Assembly (NCBI RefSeq): GCF_001194135.2
Contig: NC_068988.1
Span: 9,934,131 to 9,967,159, forward strand
Reading direction: 5' to 3'
From: Octopus bimaculoides
Taxonomy: Eukaryota
Length of the DNA: 33,029 nt
Shown: one piece after another, positions 12,919-25,800 of the stretch
Layout of the letters: each line of letters opens with the position of its first letter
Position numbering within the stretch: the stretch's first letter is position 1
Position numbers and translations under genes: made by a program
The notes under the pieces: generated by a model
Told to the model about the DNA's origin: nothing
Database searches by the model: none
What the model saw: only the letters and a program-made list of their open reading frames with translations

Positions 12919-13908
12919 CAAACGATTCAACTGTAATCCTTTCAGAAATATGTACAGGAAATGAGCATTCGTAAGGAGAGTTAATACGATTACATACGTA
13001 TATTCATAGTTGTGAATTAAAGCATTTCTCCAGCCATATAACATGGAATAGATACAAATTTGACTGCTTAGTAACGTAAAAAGTGATTGTTTTTGTGTAA
13101 ATTTATTAGATAAATCGAGCAAGGCACATACTTCTTGAAAATGTTTGAATAGATTATTGATACCTATAATAGGATTTACAACATCTATTTTATTGTTAGT
13201 TTCGCACAGTTTTAAACGGTCGGATATTATTTCGAACTCTTTCAGAATAATACTTTGCATAATATTTAAAACAGAGATGTGGAAATAGTAAGGAATAATT
13301 TGTAGTAAGTGAATACAGTATCTCAACAAGAGTATTAATTTATAACTCTCCGTATCATTTGTTAGAGGATATAGATATAATTTAATCAAAAAATTGACAC
13401 TGTTTACAATAGAAGGACACAGTAATTCAAGTACGAAGGAAATAACGAAAAACAGTATCACACCTATATATTGTTTAAATGTTAAATACTTGTATAGTTT
13501 GTCTACGAAACTGGCATCGATTTCAAGAGGCTTAAACTGTGTGAATTGTGTAATGATATCAATTGAAATGGTCGCTTTGAAACAACAATCAACCAGGGTG
13601 TACAAGGAGATTACATCATCCGCAGCTAACATGAAATTGAAGGCTATCCCTGAAAGAGGATATGATTTGTAGGATACGGGTAAAAAGCTAATAATACGAA
13701 TGCAGTCCAGTGTAAATAAAATAATAAGAAAGACGTGAATGATATATAAAATGCGTCTCTTTTTGTTGTACGAATACCATATGTTAGAATTCATTTTAAG
13801 ATTCACGAGTGCGTAATACTTTTGAATATTTTCCATATATTTCAACAAACATGTGTCCTGTAATTTTTTCCGGGTCGTTTCTTGATTCGAAAACGAGGTT
13901 CGCTGCAT
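12919..13908 (-). CDS. GRL variable first exon V2, 330 codons, S0-TM6
   Basis: Intact ORF paralogous to V1 and V3. Manual count: 42/63 identical to V3 over the DTCLLKY...FLPVxY block. Ends TTG|GTATGTATGA, donor at 12918-12917. N-terminus about 13 aa shorter than V1/V3, with an in-frame TAA 8 codons upstream of the ATG. Confidence 0.88.
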
Positions 13909-13988
13909 GTCTTTTACTTTTTCCTTTTTAATTTAGGAAATATCTAACTGTGAATATTTCTGGGATACTGACTGAATATATCACTGAT

Positions 13989-14021
<33 letters not shown>

Positions 14022-14632
14022 CTTTTAAATTCGTTTATGGCAACGTTAAACGGATGCAGATAAAGCTCCTGTTTTGTTATGATGGGTACCTTCTAATGAT
14101 GCTGACTAGAGAGTCAGTTTTTATGCGGTTGCATTATTGCATTATGGATATACCGAAATAAATATAGATACAGCAATATTAATATTTATAAATTCCATCC
14201 TAAAATTATATATATATGTATATGTATGTGTGTATGCCTGTGTGTATGTATATCTGTGTATAAGTGTGTGTGTGTGTGTGTGAGTGTATGTGTGCGTGCT
14301 TGCGTCCGCTTAGTAATGGATGCCTTCGCTTGCTTGCCGGAACGATACATTAATTTGGCAAAAACTTTTGTGATTATAAACTGAATTTGTCTGCTCCATC
14401 AAATTCTACACTGTACAGTTTTCGCTGCAGCTTAAAAAACAATGAATACAATTATTAAGTGCTTCTCCTTCCTAATGTAACTATTATTTAAAATCCTATC
14501 CTCATCCGTTTCGATCGTGATGTATCGCAAATATTTTATATCCGATTTTTTATTTATTTATATCTAATCTACACTCACAATGCTTAGTCCATCTAATCTT
14601 ATTCTCTATCTTCATACCCCACCACACAAAGA

Positions 14633-14671
<39 letters not shown>

Positions 14672-14713
14672 GTGTGTACATATATAAATGCATACACATA
14701 TATATATGTATAT

Positions 14714-14758
<45 letters not shown>

Positions 14759-15208
14759 GTGTGTACATATATAAATGTATACACATATATANNNNNNNNN
14801 NNNNNNNNNNNNNNNNNNNNNNNNNNNNNNNNNNNNNNNNNNNNNNNNNNNNNNNNNNNNNNNNNNNNNNNNNNNNNNNNNNNNNNNNNNNNNNNNNNNN
14901 NNNNNNNNNNNNNNNNNNNNNNNNNNNNNNNNNNNNNNNNNNNNNNNNNNNNNNNNNNNNNNNNNNNNNNNNNNNNNNNNNNNNNNNNNNNNNNNNNNNN
15001 NNNNNNNNNNNNNNNNNNNNNNNNNNNNNNNNNNNNNNNNNNNNNNNNNNNNNNNNNNNNNNNNNNNNNNNNNNNNNNNNNNNNNNNNNNNNNNNNNNNN
15101 NNNNNNNNNNNNNNNNNNNNNNNNNNNNNNNNNNNNNNNNNNNNNNNNNNNNNNNNNNNNNNNNNNNNNNNNNNNNNNNNNNNNNNNNNNNNNNNNNNNN
15201 NNNNNNNN

Positions 15209-15248
<40 letters not shown>

Positions 15249-16071
15249 TATGTGTATATCTATGATGAAAATCCATACTAGCTTAGATTATATGAAGTGT
15301 GTTCCAAAACAACGGTAATAAAACGAAACAATAAACGCATAATTGATATAAGCGATACATCGATAGATTTATTGCGAAGGGGAGGCATAAAATAAGAATA
15401 TGCTTTTAAGAAACTATTGATAAATTGAAGAAAAATAAGAACAATAATCGTGCAAGATATCGTTTATAAAACAATAATTGAAATAATCCAGATTGCATAG
15501 AAATATCTCTTTTCATTGCTTGAGAGGTGGTATTGTGTCAAAAATTCACGAGTCTCTTTCGATAATTAAGTCACTCCACCAATCTAACGTGCAAATCCGC
15601 ATCCATTAATTTGAACGATGAAGTTATTACGTTAGATAATTTGGAAATACTAATGGAGACAGAAACTGCTTAGCACATAGTACTAATCGTATTATCCACC
15701 ATCCATCTATCTGTCAATCTATAAATCAATCAACCTCTCACACCGCTCTCTGTCAATCTCTCTCTCTCTGTCAATCCATCCATCAGTCTGTCCGTCCGTC
15801 CGTCCACCTGTTTCTCTCTCTGTCTCTCTCTGTCTGTCTCTGTCTGTCTGTCTGTCTCTCTCTCTTTCTTTCTTTCTCTCTCTCTATGTTTCTATCTCCA
15901 TCGCCCTCTCCGCTATCATTCTATCTGTTCGATTCTCTCTCTCTGTCTCTCTCCCTCTCTCTCCCTCTCTCTCTATATATTTATATACATGCATACATAT
16001 ATATGTTTATATATACTCACACGCACACATGCATGAATGCATAAGTGCCTACATACTAACACAATACAGGT

Positions 16072-16132
<61 letters not shown>

Positions 16133-16551
16133 NNNNNNNNNNNNNNNNNNNNNNNNNNNNNNNNNNNNNNNNNNNNNNNNNNNNNNNNNNNNNNNNNNNN
16201 NNNNNNNNNNNNNNNNNNNNNNNNNNNNNNNNNNNNNNNNNNNNNNNNNNNNNNNNNNNNNNNNNNNNNNNNNNNNNNNNNNNNNNNNNNNNNNNNNNNN
16301 NNNNNNNNNNNNNNNNNNNNNNNNNNNNNNNNNNNNNNNNNNNNNNNNNNNNNNNNNNNNNNNNNNNNNNNNNNNNNNNNNNNNNNNNNNNNNNNNNNNN
16401 NNNNNNNNNNNNNNNNNNNNNNNNNNNNNNNNNNNNNNNNNNNNNNNNNNNNNNNNNNNNNNNNNNNNNNNNNNNNNNNNNNNNNNNNNNNNNNNNNNNN
16501 NNNNNNNNNNNNNNNNNNNNNNNNNNNNNNNNNTATATATATATATATATA

Positions 16552-16752
16552 TGTGCCTGTGTTTGTCCCCCAACATCGCTTGACAATCGATGCTGGTGTG
16601 TTTACGTCCCCGTAACTTAGTGGTTCGGCAAAAAAGACTGATAGAATAAGTACTAGGCTTACAAAGAATAAGTCCAGGGGTTAATTTCTGAGACTTAAGG
16701 CGGTGCTCCAGCATGGCTGCAGTCAAATGATTGAAGCAAGTAAAAGAGTAAA
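16552..16752 (+). mobile_element. SINE family A 3' half (5' half probably in the N gap)
   Basis: ttgtcccccaacatcgcttgacaatcgatgctggtgtgtttacgtccccgtaacttagtggttcggc...gcggtgctccagcatggctgcagtcaaatga. Confidence 0.85.
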
Positions 16753-17045
16753 ATATATATATAATACGTTGATAGACAGATATCTATTTATAAGTATATA
16801 CAAATACTTATATATGTCTGTGTATGCATGCATACGCATATATATATATGTATAAACCTATAGCAGCTGGCATAAATAAAATTCCTATTTAATAGAATAA
16901 CAGGATTAATTGTTTTGTTTCTTTTGTTTTTTATTTATCTATTTTTTTTGCTAACTTCACTTAAAAGTAAAAATTTGCTTAAATGAATGAAGAAATTGAA
17001 ATGATATTAATGTAAACAGAGATGAAATAATATTGTCATACATAC

Positions 17046-18074
17046 CATAAAATGTATCCGGAAACCTCGCAGAAAAATATACGCGGAATGGCAAACCTTT
17101 CCAAGACTTAACATTATTACATATTTATATTCCAGCACATGAGATAATCCATTTCTCCACCCATAAAGAAGGCTGAAGATACAAATTTTACCGCTCAGTA
17201 TTGTGAAAAATGTTTGCATTTGCGTCATTTTATTTGTTAAACGGAGTAGGTTGCACACTTTTTGAAAATGGCTGCATAGAATATTGATATCTGTATTATA
17301 CTTCTTGAAATCTGAGTCGTCTTTGGTCTTATACCGTTTTAAGTAGGAAGACATTAGCCTCAACTCTTTCAAAATAAGATCATGCATTACATTTGATGCG
17401 GATATGTAAAAATAGTAAGGAACAATCTCTACGAAATGAATACAGTATCTTAACACAAGTATTGGTATGTGATCAATACTGTCCATTGGTAGAGGATAGA
17501 GGTATATCTTAAGCAAAAGATTCGTCCTGTTTACAAGAACAGGACACAGTACCTCCATTATGAGAGAAATAATAACGAACATTATCATGGAGAGATATTG
17601 CTTACAGAGTGTTTTTTTGTACATCGTCTCACGGTATTTGAGATCGCATTCTAATGATTTGAATTCAGTAAATTCTCTTATGATATCTATGGACATGTCT
17701 GCTTGAAAAGCTCTATCAAATAAAGTGTACAAAGAAATAATATTGTCACCAACAATTAAGCAATTAAAAATTACTACTGATGGAGTATGTCTGCTGTAAG
17801 CCACAGGTAAAAAGCTTATCACACGAATACAATCCAAAGCGTACAAAATTATTACTAATAAGCGGATGATATATAAAATACGTTCCTTTATGTTATATAA
17901 ACGCCAAATTCTTAAATTCATTTTAATATTCACGAGGGCGTAACAGTTTTGTACACTTTTAAAATATTTCAATAAACAAGTGTCCCGAATTTTTTTGCAG
18001 TGTGTTATAATCGGCAGGCCATTTGGCGCCATCTTATTTTTCATTAGCGATCGAATTGTAAATGTGTCCGACAT
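17046..18074 (-). CDS. Gustatory receptor-like (GRL/7TMIC) variable first exon V3, 343 codons, S0-TM6
   Basis: Uninterrupted ORF starting aatATGtcgga (same context as V1). Six hydrophobic segments and GR-like motifs (LYPL, ILKELRLM, HFQKVCNLLRLTNKMTQ). Paralogous to V1 and V2. Ends ATG|GTATGTATGA with the phase-0 donor at 17045-17044. Confidence 0.88.
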
Positions 18075-18121
18075 ATTAATGATGGGTGTATTACAGGATC
18101 ATATATACATATATTAATACA

Positions 18122-18159
<38 letters not shown>

Positions 18160-18621
18160 NNNNNNNNNNNNNNNNNNNNNNNNNNNNNNNNNNNNNNNNN
18201 NNNNNNNNNNNNNNNNNNNNNNNNNNNNNNNNNNNNNNNNNNNNNNNNNNNNNNNNNNNNNNNNNNNNNNNNNNNNNNNNNNNNNNNNNNNNNNNNNNNN
18301 NNNNNNNNNNNNNNNNNNNNNNNNNNNNNNNNNNNNNNNNNNNNNNNNNNNNNNNNNNNNNNNNNNNNNNNNNNNNNNNNNNNNNNNNNNNNNNNNNNNN
18401 NNNNNNNNNNNNNNNNNNNNNNNGCGAGGCTTAACAATAAAAATAAAATGTGTTCCTCTAGAACGACACGGAATAATAGTTACAAAATTGAACAAACACC
18501 ATTTATTATAGTCATCCGATTTATGAGATTAGTGTCATAAGTAGATACATCTATACAGGCTTTCAGTGAATCATACATAATACAAAGTAATCGACGCGTT
18601 GTGTGTTTTTGTGTGTATGTG

Positions 18622-18661
<40 letters not shown>

Positions 18662-19192
18662 CATATCTCACGATAGTGAGAGATGTCTTTGTCTACATTT
18701 TGTCTTCATTCTTTTTTTTCTTGAAATTGAATAAATTATGAATCCTCTTAGACATTTGATGTTCAGAAAACCTATTGTAAATTCAACGATTTGAAACGGA
18801 CCTTGTATTACATAGAAGTAATAAGAAATATATTGCATCGCTGGAAGTAGAAGTTTTTGTGTCTAGGTGTATAAAAGCAAGCTCATTCTCTTTGCACATA
18901 AATTTTATGACTGGTAACATCAAAGAAATCAATCACGTGTAATATTTTACGTAAAAGAATAATCAAAACTTATCTCGATTGCATGTAGTGTATGTCTTCG
19001 TTTTTGACATATGGTCTCATTTAAAAGAATTATCGAGCTTTATGTATTTCTCTCAAGAAACGTGCTGCATAAGTCCGCCGCCATTACCTGTCAGTAATAA
19101 ATATGTTTATGGAGCTGCAAAAAATCGAAATCATCATCAATATTGTATATTAAAATAAAAGCGTAAGCTTTGTACATGCATATACGCATATA

Positions 19193-19231
<39 letters not shown>

Positions 19232-19235
19232 ACAC

Positions 19236-19269
<34 letters not shown>

Positions 19270-19639
19270 GTATACATTTATATATACGAACATATATATA
19301 CATCTATATATAGATACATACATACAAATATTCATTCATACATACCTTCACAACACATACACACACTAATGTGCTCATACGCATACATGTTGATGTACAT
19401 GCTTGCATGGATATATACATTGAACATTACATTTATTCTTATATATATATGAATTTGCTGTAGAAAATTAAAATCTGCAAACTTAAGCAGAGTAAATTAA
19501 TGACTCGAAACGTAGTAAACAGCCAAACTCAAGCAAAAATTAACTACTTATACCAAGAAACAATAGATGAAAGAACGATTAAGACAGTAGCCAATGAGAA
19601 ATCTGAGAGGGGAAATGAAAGCGCTCGGGGTTTCGCTTG

Positions 19640-20700
19640 TATCAGAAATCCAAGTGGATAGGAAAAATAGAAAGTTCGCGAACCGAGTGGCAAATAGCAC
19701 TCAGACAAGAACCAAAATGGCTTCGGTGGAACACTAACGTTTGATAGTCGAACCTTGCCCTAAGAAACATCTGACTAAATTGAAGTTTTTGCTTTGTCGG
19801 CTTCTTATAAACGGTCAAGTTCCCGCTCATCTGCAAATCTATTCGTTATCAAATCCCACTAATAGGTGGCCCCGAGATGCCATCCATGATAATATGATAG
19901 TAATTGCTGAGGTCGATGCACCTCTAGAAATATCAAGATTACAGCGATGATGCTGATTACGACAACGTGAATGAGTGCAAAATTGTGTGAACTGCAATCA
20001 TGGGTCAAAGCAAGATTGCGCGTTTAGTGTGTAGAATTTTGAATGGAGCTTTGAGCATCTTACCAGCTGGACAAGGCTGTCAGCATGAAAACAATTCTAG
20101 ATATCTATACAGGGACCGTTGAGAGTCTCAATGACAATGGCTTGGAATTGACTCTGGGTTTCGATGAAAACAGTCTGTGCTAGTAGTTTTTTTCTGGAGG
20201 AAAATTCTGTTCAAGGTTAGCTTTTCAGGTACGAAGGTCCAAAGCTGAATGTATTGAAAACCCGGCCTGGAGACGAAGCCACCTTGTAAACACCATCATT
20301 GAAAGTCCGTATATTAACAAATTGTGGGGTTTTGAGAAACAGCTACTCTCACACGCAGGACAAATATATCAATTCCATAGTGAGGGTCAACAGACTACCA
20401 TCCGTTGGCCGAGAAAGCAGATATATTTTTCATTTGTTGGTGGCTGCAGCATAAGATTTGTGGTGGATCGTCCGACAGGCTTGAATGCTGGCGTTTTCCT
20501 GACTGGCTCTCTTCAAGCGCAATTTTAAGAGAAAGATGAAAGTATGTAGAGAGTGAAAGAGGGGCTGCCGTCTAATGTCTTTATCAAAAGATGGATTTGA
20601 TTGGTAAGAATAGTGATTAATCTTTTCTAAGCAGATGGTAAGAAACTGGGTGAACGCAATTTCGATGCTTTAGAGAAACAGCAGATTAATCCGGGCATAT
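19640..20700 (-). mobile_element. Highly decayed Penelope-like element remnants (GIY-YIG region plus RT C-terminal piece)
   Basis: YICPACESSCFSK near 20385-20330 resembles the PLE 'Y.F.CP.C...YIGKT'. LTVYKKPT...QTLVFHRS...AICHS near 19820-19690 resembles the PLE RT C-terminal 'TSVYRKPT...TLVHRA..ICS'. Many stops. Confidence 0.45.
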
Positions 20701-21164
20701 TTTCTTTTTTTTTTTTTTGAGGCTTCTCCAAATTACGATAGGTGATTGCTCTATATAGGGAGATTTCTTGCTTCTTTTTCGTTTTGAAATGTTTAAAAAT
20801 TCTATTTTCATAACTCTTGTTCTATTTTACTGATATAAATTATCATTAATGATTACTTTTTAACCAATACAATATCCCTTTTGGGTGTTTTATTTCGTCA
20901 CTTGAACTCATCCTCAATAATTTAGGTTCCTGTAGCCAACAAAAGAAATCATCATTATATATGCATTCATTTACTATTTATTTATATCTTATTTATTCGT
21001 ATTTCATTTATTTATTCTGTATATTATTTTCAATACGTCTCACGATGACTCTGCCTGAGATTTACATCATGAGTACAAATATGAAAGGAATTCACAACTA
21101 ATTATATTAGTACTTCCCTCGTTATAGACGATGACCATGCACATGGGAGAAGAAGGTGGGGTAC

Positions 21165-21680
21165 GATGTGTCCGGCCGCGGCTAATCAGTCCGATGTGTA
21201 CTCGGAAGTCTCTACCGCAGGTCAGCCACTGCTGGTCTGTTGGGACTGAAGCCAAATTGCTGGCTCTGAACTAGTGTAGTTCGCGTTTTCTTTGTGCCTC
21301 TGCAATCCTCTTCTGTTCGTAGGAAGTTATACCTGTTTGCGTAGCTTCAATAGGCTGGGTGGTGCTGTTCATGCGGTTCCCAAGTGTCGGTGTTGATCTC
21401 AAAGCTCTTCCATGAGGCTTTGAGTGTGTCCTTGAATCGCTTCTTCTGTCCATCTTGCATGCGCTTGTCTTCCACCAGTTCGCTGTAAAGTCGTCTCTTG
21501 GGGAGTCGCGAATCACACATTCAAACAAGGAGACCAGCTCACCTGACTTACGTCCTGCTCAGTAGTGTGTAAATGCTCAGCAAATCAGCTCCAGAGAGGA
21601 CCTCCGTGTCCGTGACCTTGTCTTACCAGATTATTTTAATCAGTTTGTGTTCAAGAGAAAACCATTTTCTTGTGAGAAGT
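21165..21680 (-). mobile_element. RTE-type non-LTR retrotransposon 3' end remnant
   Basis: IIW*DKVTDTEVL...DSRLPKRRLYSELV...GQKKRFKDTLKAS...INTDTWE, then CGRDFRVHIGLISRGRTHR (degenerate C-terminal zinc finger). Confidence 0.72.
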
Positions 21681-24194
21681 AGAACTGGTAAAGTCTGAAC
21701 TATAGTATTTATAATCGGACACTTCGCAAAGGAAGACAATTTTGGAAGCGCGTATAAAGACTCTGGTTTAGACACACTGTATTTATTTGTCGTGTTGTTG
21801 TGGAAGTTATGTATAGTGTATTTCAGACAAAACAGTCGGCTGTATTTGTCGGTTTGTGCTTATGCATTCAAGGTATATGTATATTATGTATATGAGTGTG
21901 TATGCGCATTTAACAATAGTAGATATGTATGCAGAGACTGGCAGCGTAAAATGCTGCGAGTCTGTATGCATTTGGTGCGTGTGTATGTGTTTGCACGGAT
22001 AGGAGACGCCTATATTCCTGCTAGGTGGTGATGGTATCTATGTATTGTGTGTTGTATACACAGTGGACATGTGTTTGCCTGTATGTCTTTGATGTGTATC
22101 TGCATTTGACATGTGTGTGTGTTTGTTTGTGTGTGTGTGCGTGCTTCAATAAGTATAAGAATTTAATTTTTTATGAATATATACAGACGCATGCATGTGT
22201 TTTAGTTAATATGTTACATACACGTATCTATGTAATTCATTAAATGGCAGTAGATGTGTGCATGGTATACATAGTATACATAATTAGCAGAAGCTGGCGT
22301 AAGCTTGTGACTGTTGACGCTTGGTGAAGCTGTGTGACTCCGGAAGCTTTTCTAACTACAATTCGTGTATATTGAAGAAAATATATATTAAAAAAAAACC
22401 GTTACAAAATTTAAGTTGAGACTTAGAAGAGTGTCAGCACATAATTGGAAGCATAAATATAATATCCAGTTTTATTCCGAAGTGAAGAAGTTTAATCCAC
22501 CGTGTAAGAAATGGTCGAAAACGAATTGTTACCAGTTAAAATGATGTAGTGAGTAGAAATGACAAGGAAATTATGATACGCTATTAAGCTGGACGTCCCT
22601 CTTCTATCATTTAATTTGCAGTCACGCTTTACGATGTAAGAAAATCTCTTGAACACGTAAAGCAATATGATAGATTTATCAAGATACATGTAAAACTATC
22701 TGTGATATGGAGCGAGTGATTATTAAGATTAGAGAACTTAGGGGAGTAGGTGAGCAAGCGGAAATACTAGCAAAGGGAGCGTAGGTAGAGGAAGGATCTG
22801 CTTTTGTTATTTATGGTGGAGGAAGAACTATGAATGCATAACTCACGTAGAGTGTGAGCTCAATTAGAGGATCAGGGCGGGAGCAGAATTGAAGGGAATT
22901 TGAGAATTGGTGGGGTTTTCACTAGAAGGCTAGGAATTATTCTACGATAATCCGCAGGAAAGTCAGAGAAGGAGAGCTCATACATAAGGAGAAATAAAAC
23001 GCAGTTTCTGATGTGACGTACATAAGGTAAGGGCTTAGTAATAGCAGTCAATATTGTGGGCGGGAATAGATTATAGTAAAAGGCACACCCACGTCTAAAG
23101 AGCGGGAATATGAGTTCAACCATGGTTTCCTAACCATTGCTGTAACTTCAGTGACAACGGTGCACAAAGGATTGACTGTGATAGGTGGCCGTTCTTTTGA
23201 TATGGAAGGAATATTAAGAGAAAAATTAAGGCGGCGCTGGCAAAATAGTTACCGCGCCGGGCAAAATGTTTAGTAGCATTTCCTCTGACTTAACATACTG
23301 AAATTCAAATGCTGTTAGGTTCGAATTTATCTTTAATCCTTTCGGTGTCGATATAAGAAGAACTAGTCGAGCAACGGGATGGATGTAATCGACTTAACGC
23401 ACAACCCAAAATTGCTGGCCTTGTTCGAGCGAAATGGCAAGCTTGTCGTAAATAAGGGCATGCGGGTGACATGGGAAGCTTGTAGTAAATAAAACGGAAA
23501 TAGCACCACTGATCATAAACATCTCCCAAGATAGATATTTATTGGTGCATCGATTTCCAATGGTACCATTCTACTGCCTCGAATTACTTTACTTTGCATT
23601 TTGCATTCAACCACATCTTTAAAGCGCCATCTTCCAGAAATTTTCTATTTTGTGATTGTAAACAACTGCTTCTCTTTTCTTTTTTTTTTACACCTCAAAT
23701 CAACTCCTTTATTTCCTATCGTAACTCATGCCACATGCAAACAGGAATCTCCGCTGTTTATTTCCACGTATCTTGTAACACGAGAAGAAAAATGTGAAGA
23801 ATGTTGGTCAAAAAGCAGAAAGCAAAGTAACAAAAAAATCTTCGTTCTTTGCCTTTAAAAATCATAATTAATCTAGCTGATGTAGAATAACATAACGTAG
23901 AGGGAGCTAAAGTCTGTAAGATAACTACTCAGGGAATGCTGGTTCCACTTTTGGCACCGACATTCTTCGCGTTTTTCTTCTCTTTCTTTTCTCATGTTTT
24001 CTCTAAGTGCAGCGTCTTGGTTTTCAAATATGTCTAACGTTATGCACTGAGCCTGAATCATTGCTTAGAGACACATGGCCTGTTATATAAATCTTCCCAT
24101 TTATTGTATCTCTGGAGCATGAATTTATTTGCAGCGCTTTATTAAGTAGTGTATATTAAATGATATTTCCCACTGCTCAGAACACATTTTCTTA

Positions 24195-24233
<39 letters not shown>

Positions 24234-24294
24234 TAAATGTGTGTATATAAATATATATGTGTGTATGCGTGCGCATGAACATATGTGTGAATTT

Positions 24295-24480
24295 GTGTCT
24301 ATATCTGCCCCCTTCCACCTCTTGACAACCAGTGTTGCTTTGTTTATATCCTCGTAACTTAGGAATAAAATAAGTACCTGTATATCAAAATAAGTACTGG
24401 AGTCGATCTGTTCGACCCTAACTCCTCAACGTGATGCCCCAGTATGTCCCCAGGCCAATGATTGAAACAAGTACAAGATT
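24295..24480 (+). mobile_element. Degenerate SINE family A 3' half
   Basis: cttgacaaccagtgttgctttgtttatatcctcgtaacttag...gtcgatctgttcgac...aatgattgaaacaagta. Confidence 0.6.
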
Positions 24481-24964
24481 TTAGACAAAAGATTCGTTAT
24501 TCGTACTTTAATTCATCGATGTTCACTTCTAGTGCTAATCTACATGATTTACAAATCGATGTCATTTCACATGTAAAACTGTAATCCATAAAGTGTTAAT
24601 GTGAGCACACACAGCTTCACTGGAATTATTGATTGATGTATCTTTCATATTGTTCTGATCATTAGTTCGCCACGCTTAAGTAAATTTCTTAGAGAGTGAG
24701 AATTAAGCTTATATTAATGTGACTCAGTAATTTGCGAAAGTCTTTGTAGATTTATCAATATTTATGGCGAGTTAGGAAGATATAGTATATTATTACTACA
24801 GTTAATGGAATATTAATGCTGGAGGACTGTAAAAATAAGATCAGTGTAGTATCGAAGGCAGTGTATTGAAAAAATCGTTATTTTTTATATGTTCCAGCAC
24901 TGAACGTTATCAGTTCAAATCCGTTTGATGTCAATTAAGTATTTCATCCTTCTACTATTGATGT

Positions 24965-25347
24965 GTGGAGGCGCAATGGCCCAGTGGTTAGGGCAGCGGA
25001 CTCGCAGTCATAGGATCGCGGTTTCGATTCTCAGACCGGGCGTTGTGAGTGTTTATTGAGCGAAAAACACCTAAAACTCCACGAGACTCCGGCAGGGGAT
25101 GGCAGCGAACCCTGCTGTACTCTTTCACCACAACTTTCTCTCACTCTTTCTTCCTGTTTCTGTTGTGCCTGTAATTCAAAGGGTCAGCCTTGTCACACTG
25201 TGTCACGCTGAATATCCCCGTGAACTACGTTAAGGGTACACGTGTCTGTGGAGTGCTCAGCCACTTGGACGTTAATTTCACGAGCAGGCAGTTCCGTTGA
25301 TCGGATCAACTGGAACTCTCGACGTCGTAAGCGACGGAGTGCCAACA
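24965..25347 (+). mobile_element. tRNA-derived SINE family B, full length, with TSD
   Basis: Head gtggaggcgcaatggcccagtggttagggcagcgg...gtttcgatt, tail gcgacggagtgccaaca. Flanked by actattgatgt (24954-24964) and actatcgatgt (25348-25358). Confidence 0.88.
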
Positions 25348-25479
25348 ACTATCGATGTACTGGGTTCGATGAAATAGACTAGCTGCCTCCTCCAAAGTTC
25401 AGGCTTTGTACTTATAGAAAAGAGGATCATTATTATTGATTTGACTCATGTTCAGTCTTATTCCTGGGAGGCTTTATGT

Positions 25480-25760
25480 GTGTAGCGGTTTACTTTCTGT
25501 AAACTTAGACATTCACAAGTTTTCAATAGTCTTTCAAGAACTTAGAAACCTCCAGATAACCTTCCGTTCTCTAAGAGGCAAACTTTCTATAGAAGCATCG
25601 CAGGACATTCAATTCCAATCTCCTTCAACCATTTTTCAATAACTTTGCTTACAGTTCCCAATGAACCAATTATTATAAAACCTTTACAGTTTCCATACTC
25701 CAAATTCTTGCAATCTCAAATTTCAAGGGGCTGTATTTTCTCTTAATTATTCATCCTCTT
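25480..25760 (-). mobile_element. RLE-type (R4/NeSL-like) non-LTR retrotransposon 3' remnant
   Basis: KYSPLKFEIARIWSMETVKV / IIIGSLGTVSKVIEKWLKEIGIECPAMLL*KVCLL resembles the restriction-like endonuclease C-terminus 'KY..L..E..R.W...V..PI.IGALG...LQK..LL'. Confidence 0.55.
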
Positions 25761-25800
25761 TCCTTGCGACCTTAGAGTCAAACTCACCAATTAGTAATTT

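Noticed and set aside
15400-15500. Minus-strand TIIVLIFLQF and SGLFQL fragments between V3 and V2, a possible private C-terminus
   Set aside because: Different frames, an in-frame stop, no acceptor, no TY and no nucleotide similarity to C2 or C3.
10517-16726. Long ORFs made of X, YI, CV or HT runs (here and throughout the window)
   Set aside because: Artefacts of N gaps and dinucleotide or tetranucleotide microsatellites.
18700-19090. Possible decayed fourth variable exon (short matches such as LREIHK and LISLMLPV)
   Set aside because: Matches are short, in different frames and wrongly spaced, so not distinguishable from background by eye. A tBLASTn with V1-V3 would settle it.
24965-25040. 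tRNA gene-like sequence (also at SINE heads 2551, 4648, 25801, 31919)
   Set aside because: These are SINE heads continuous with SINE bodies and do not fold into complete cloverleaves.
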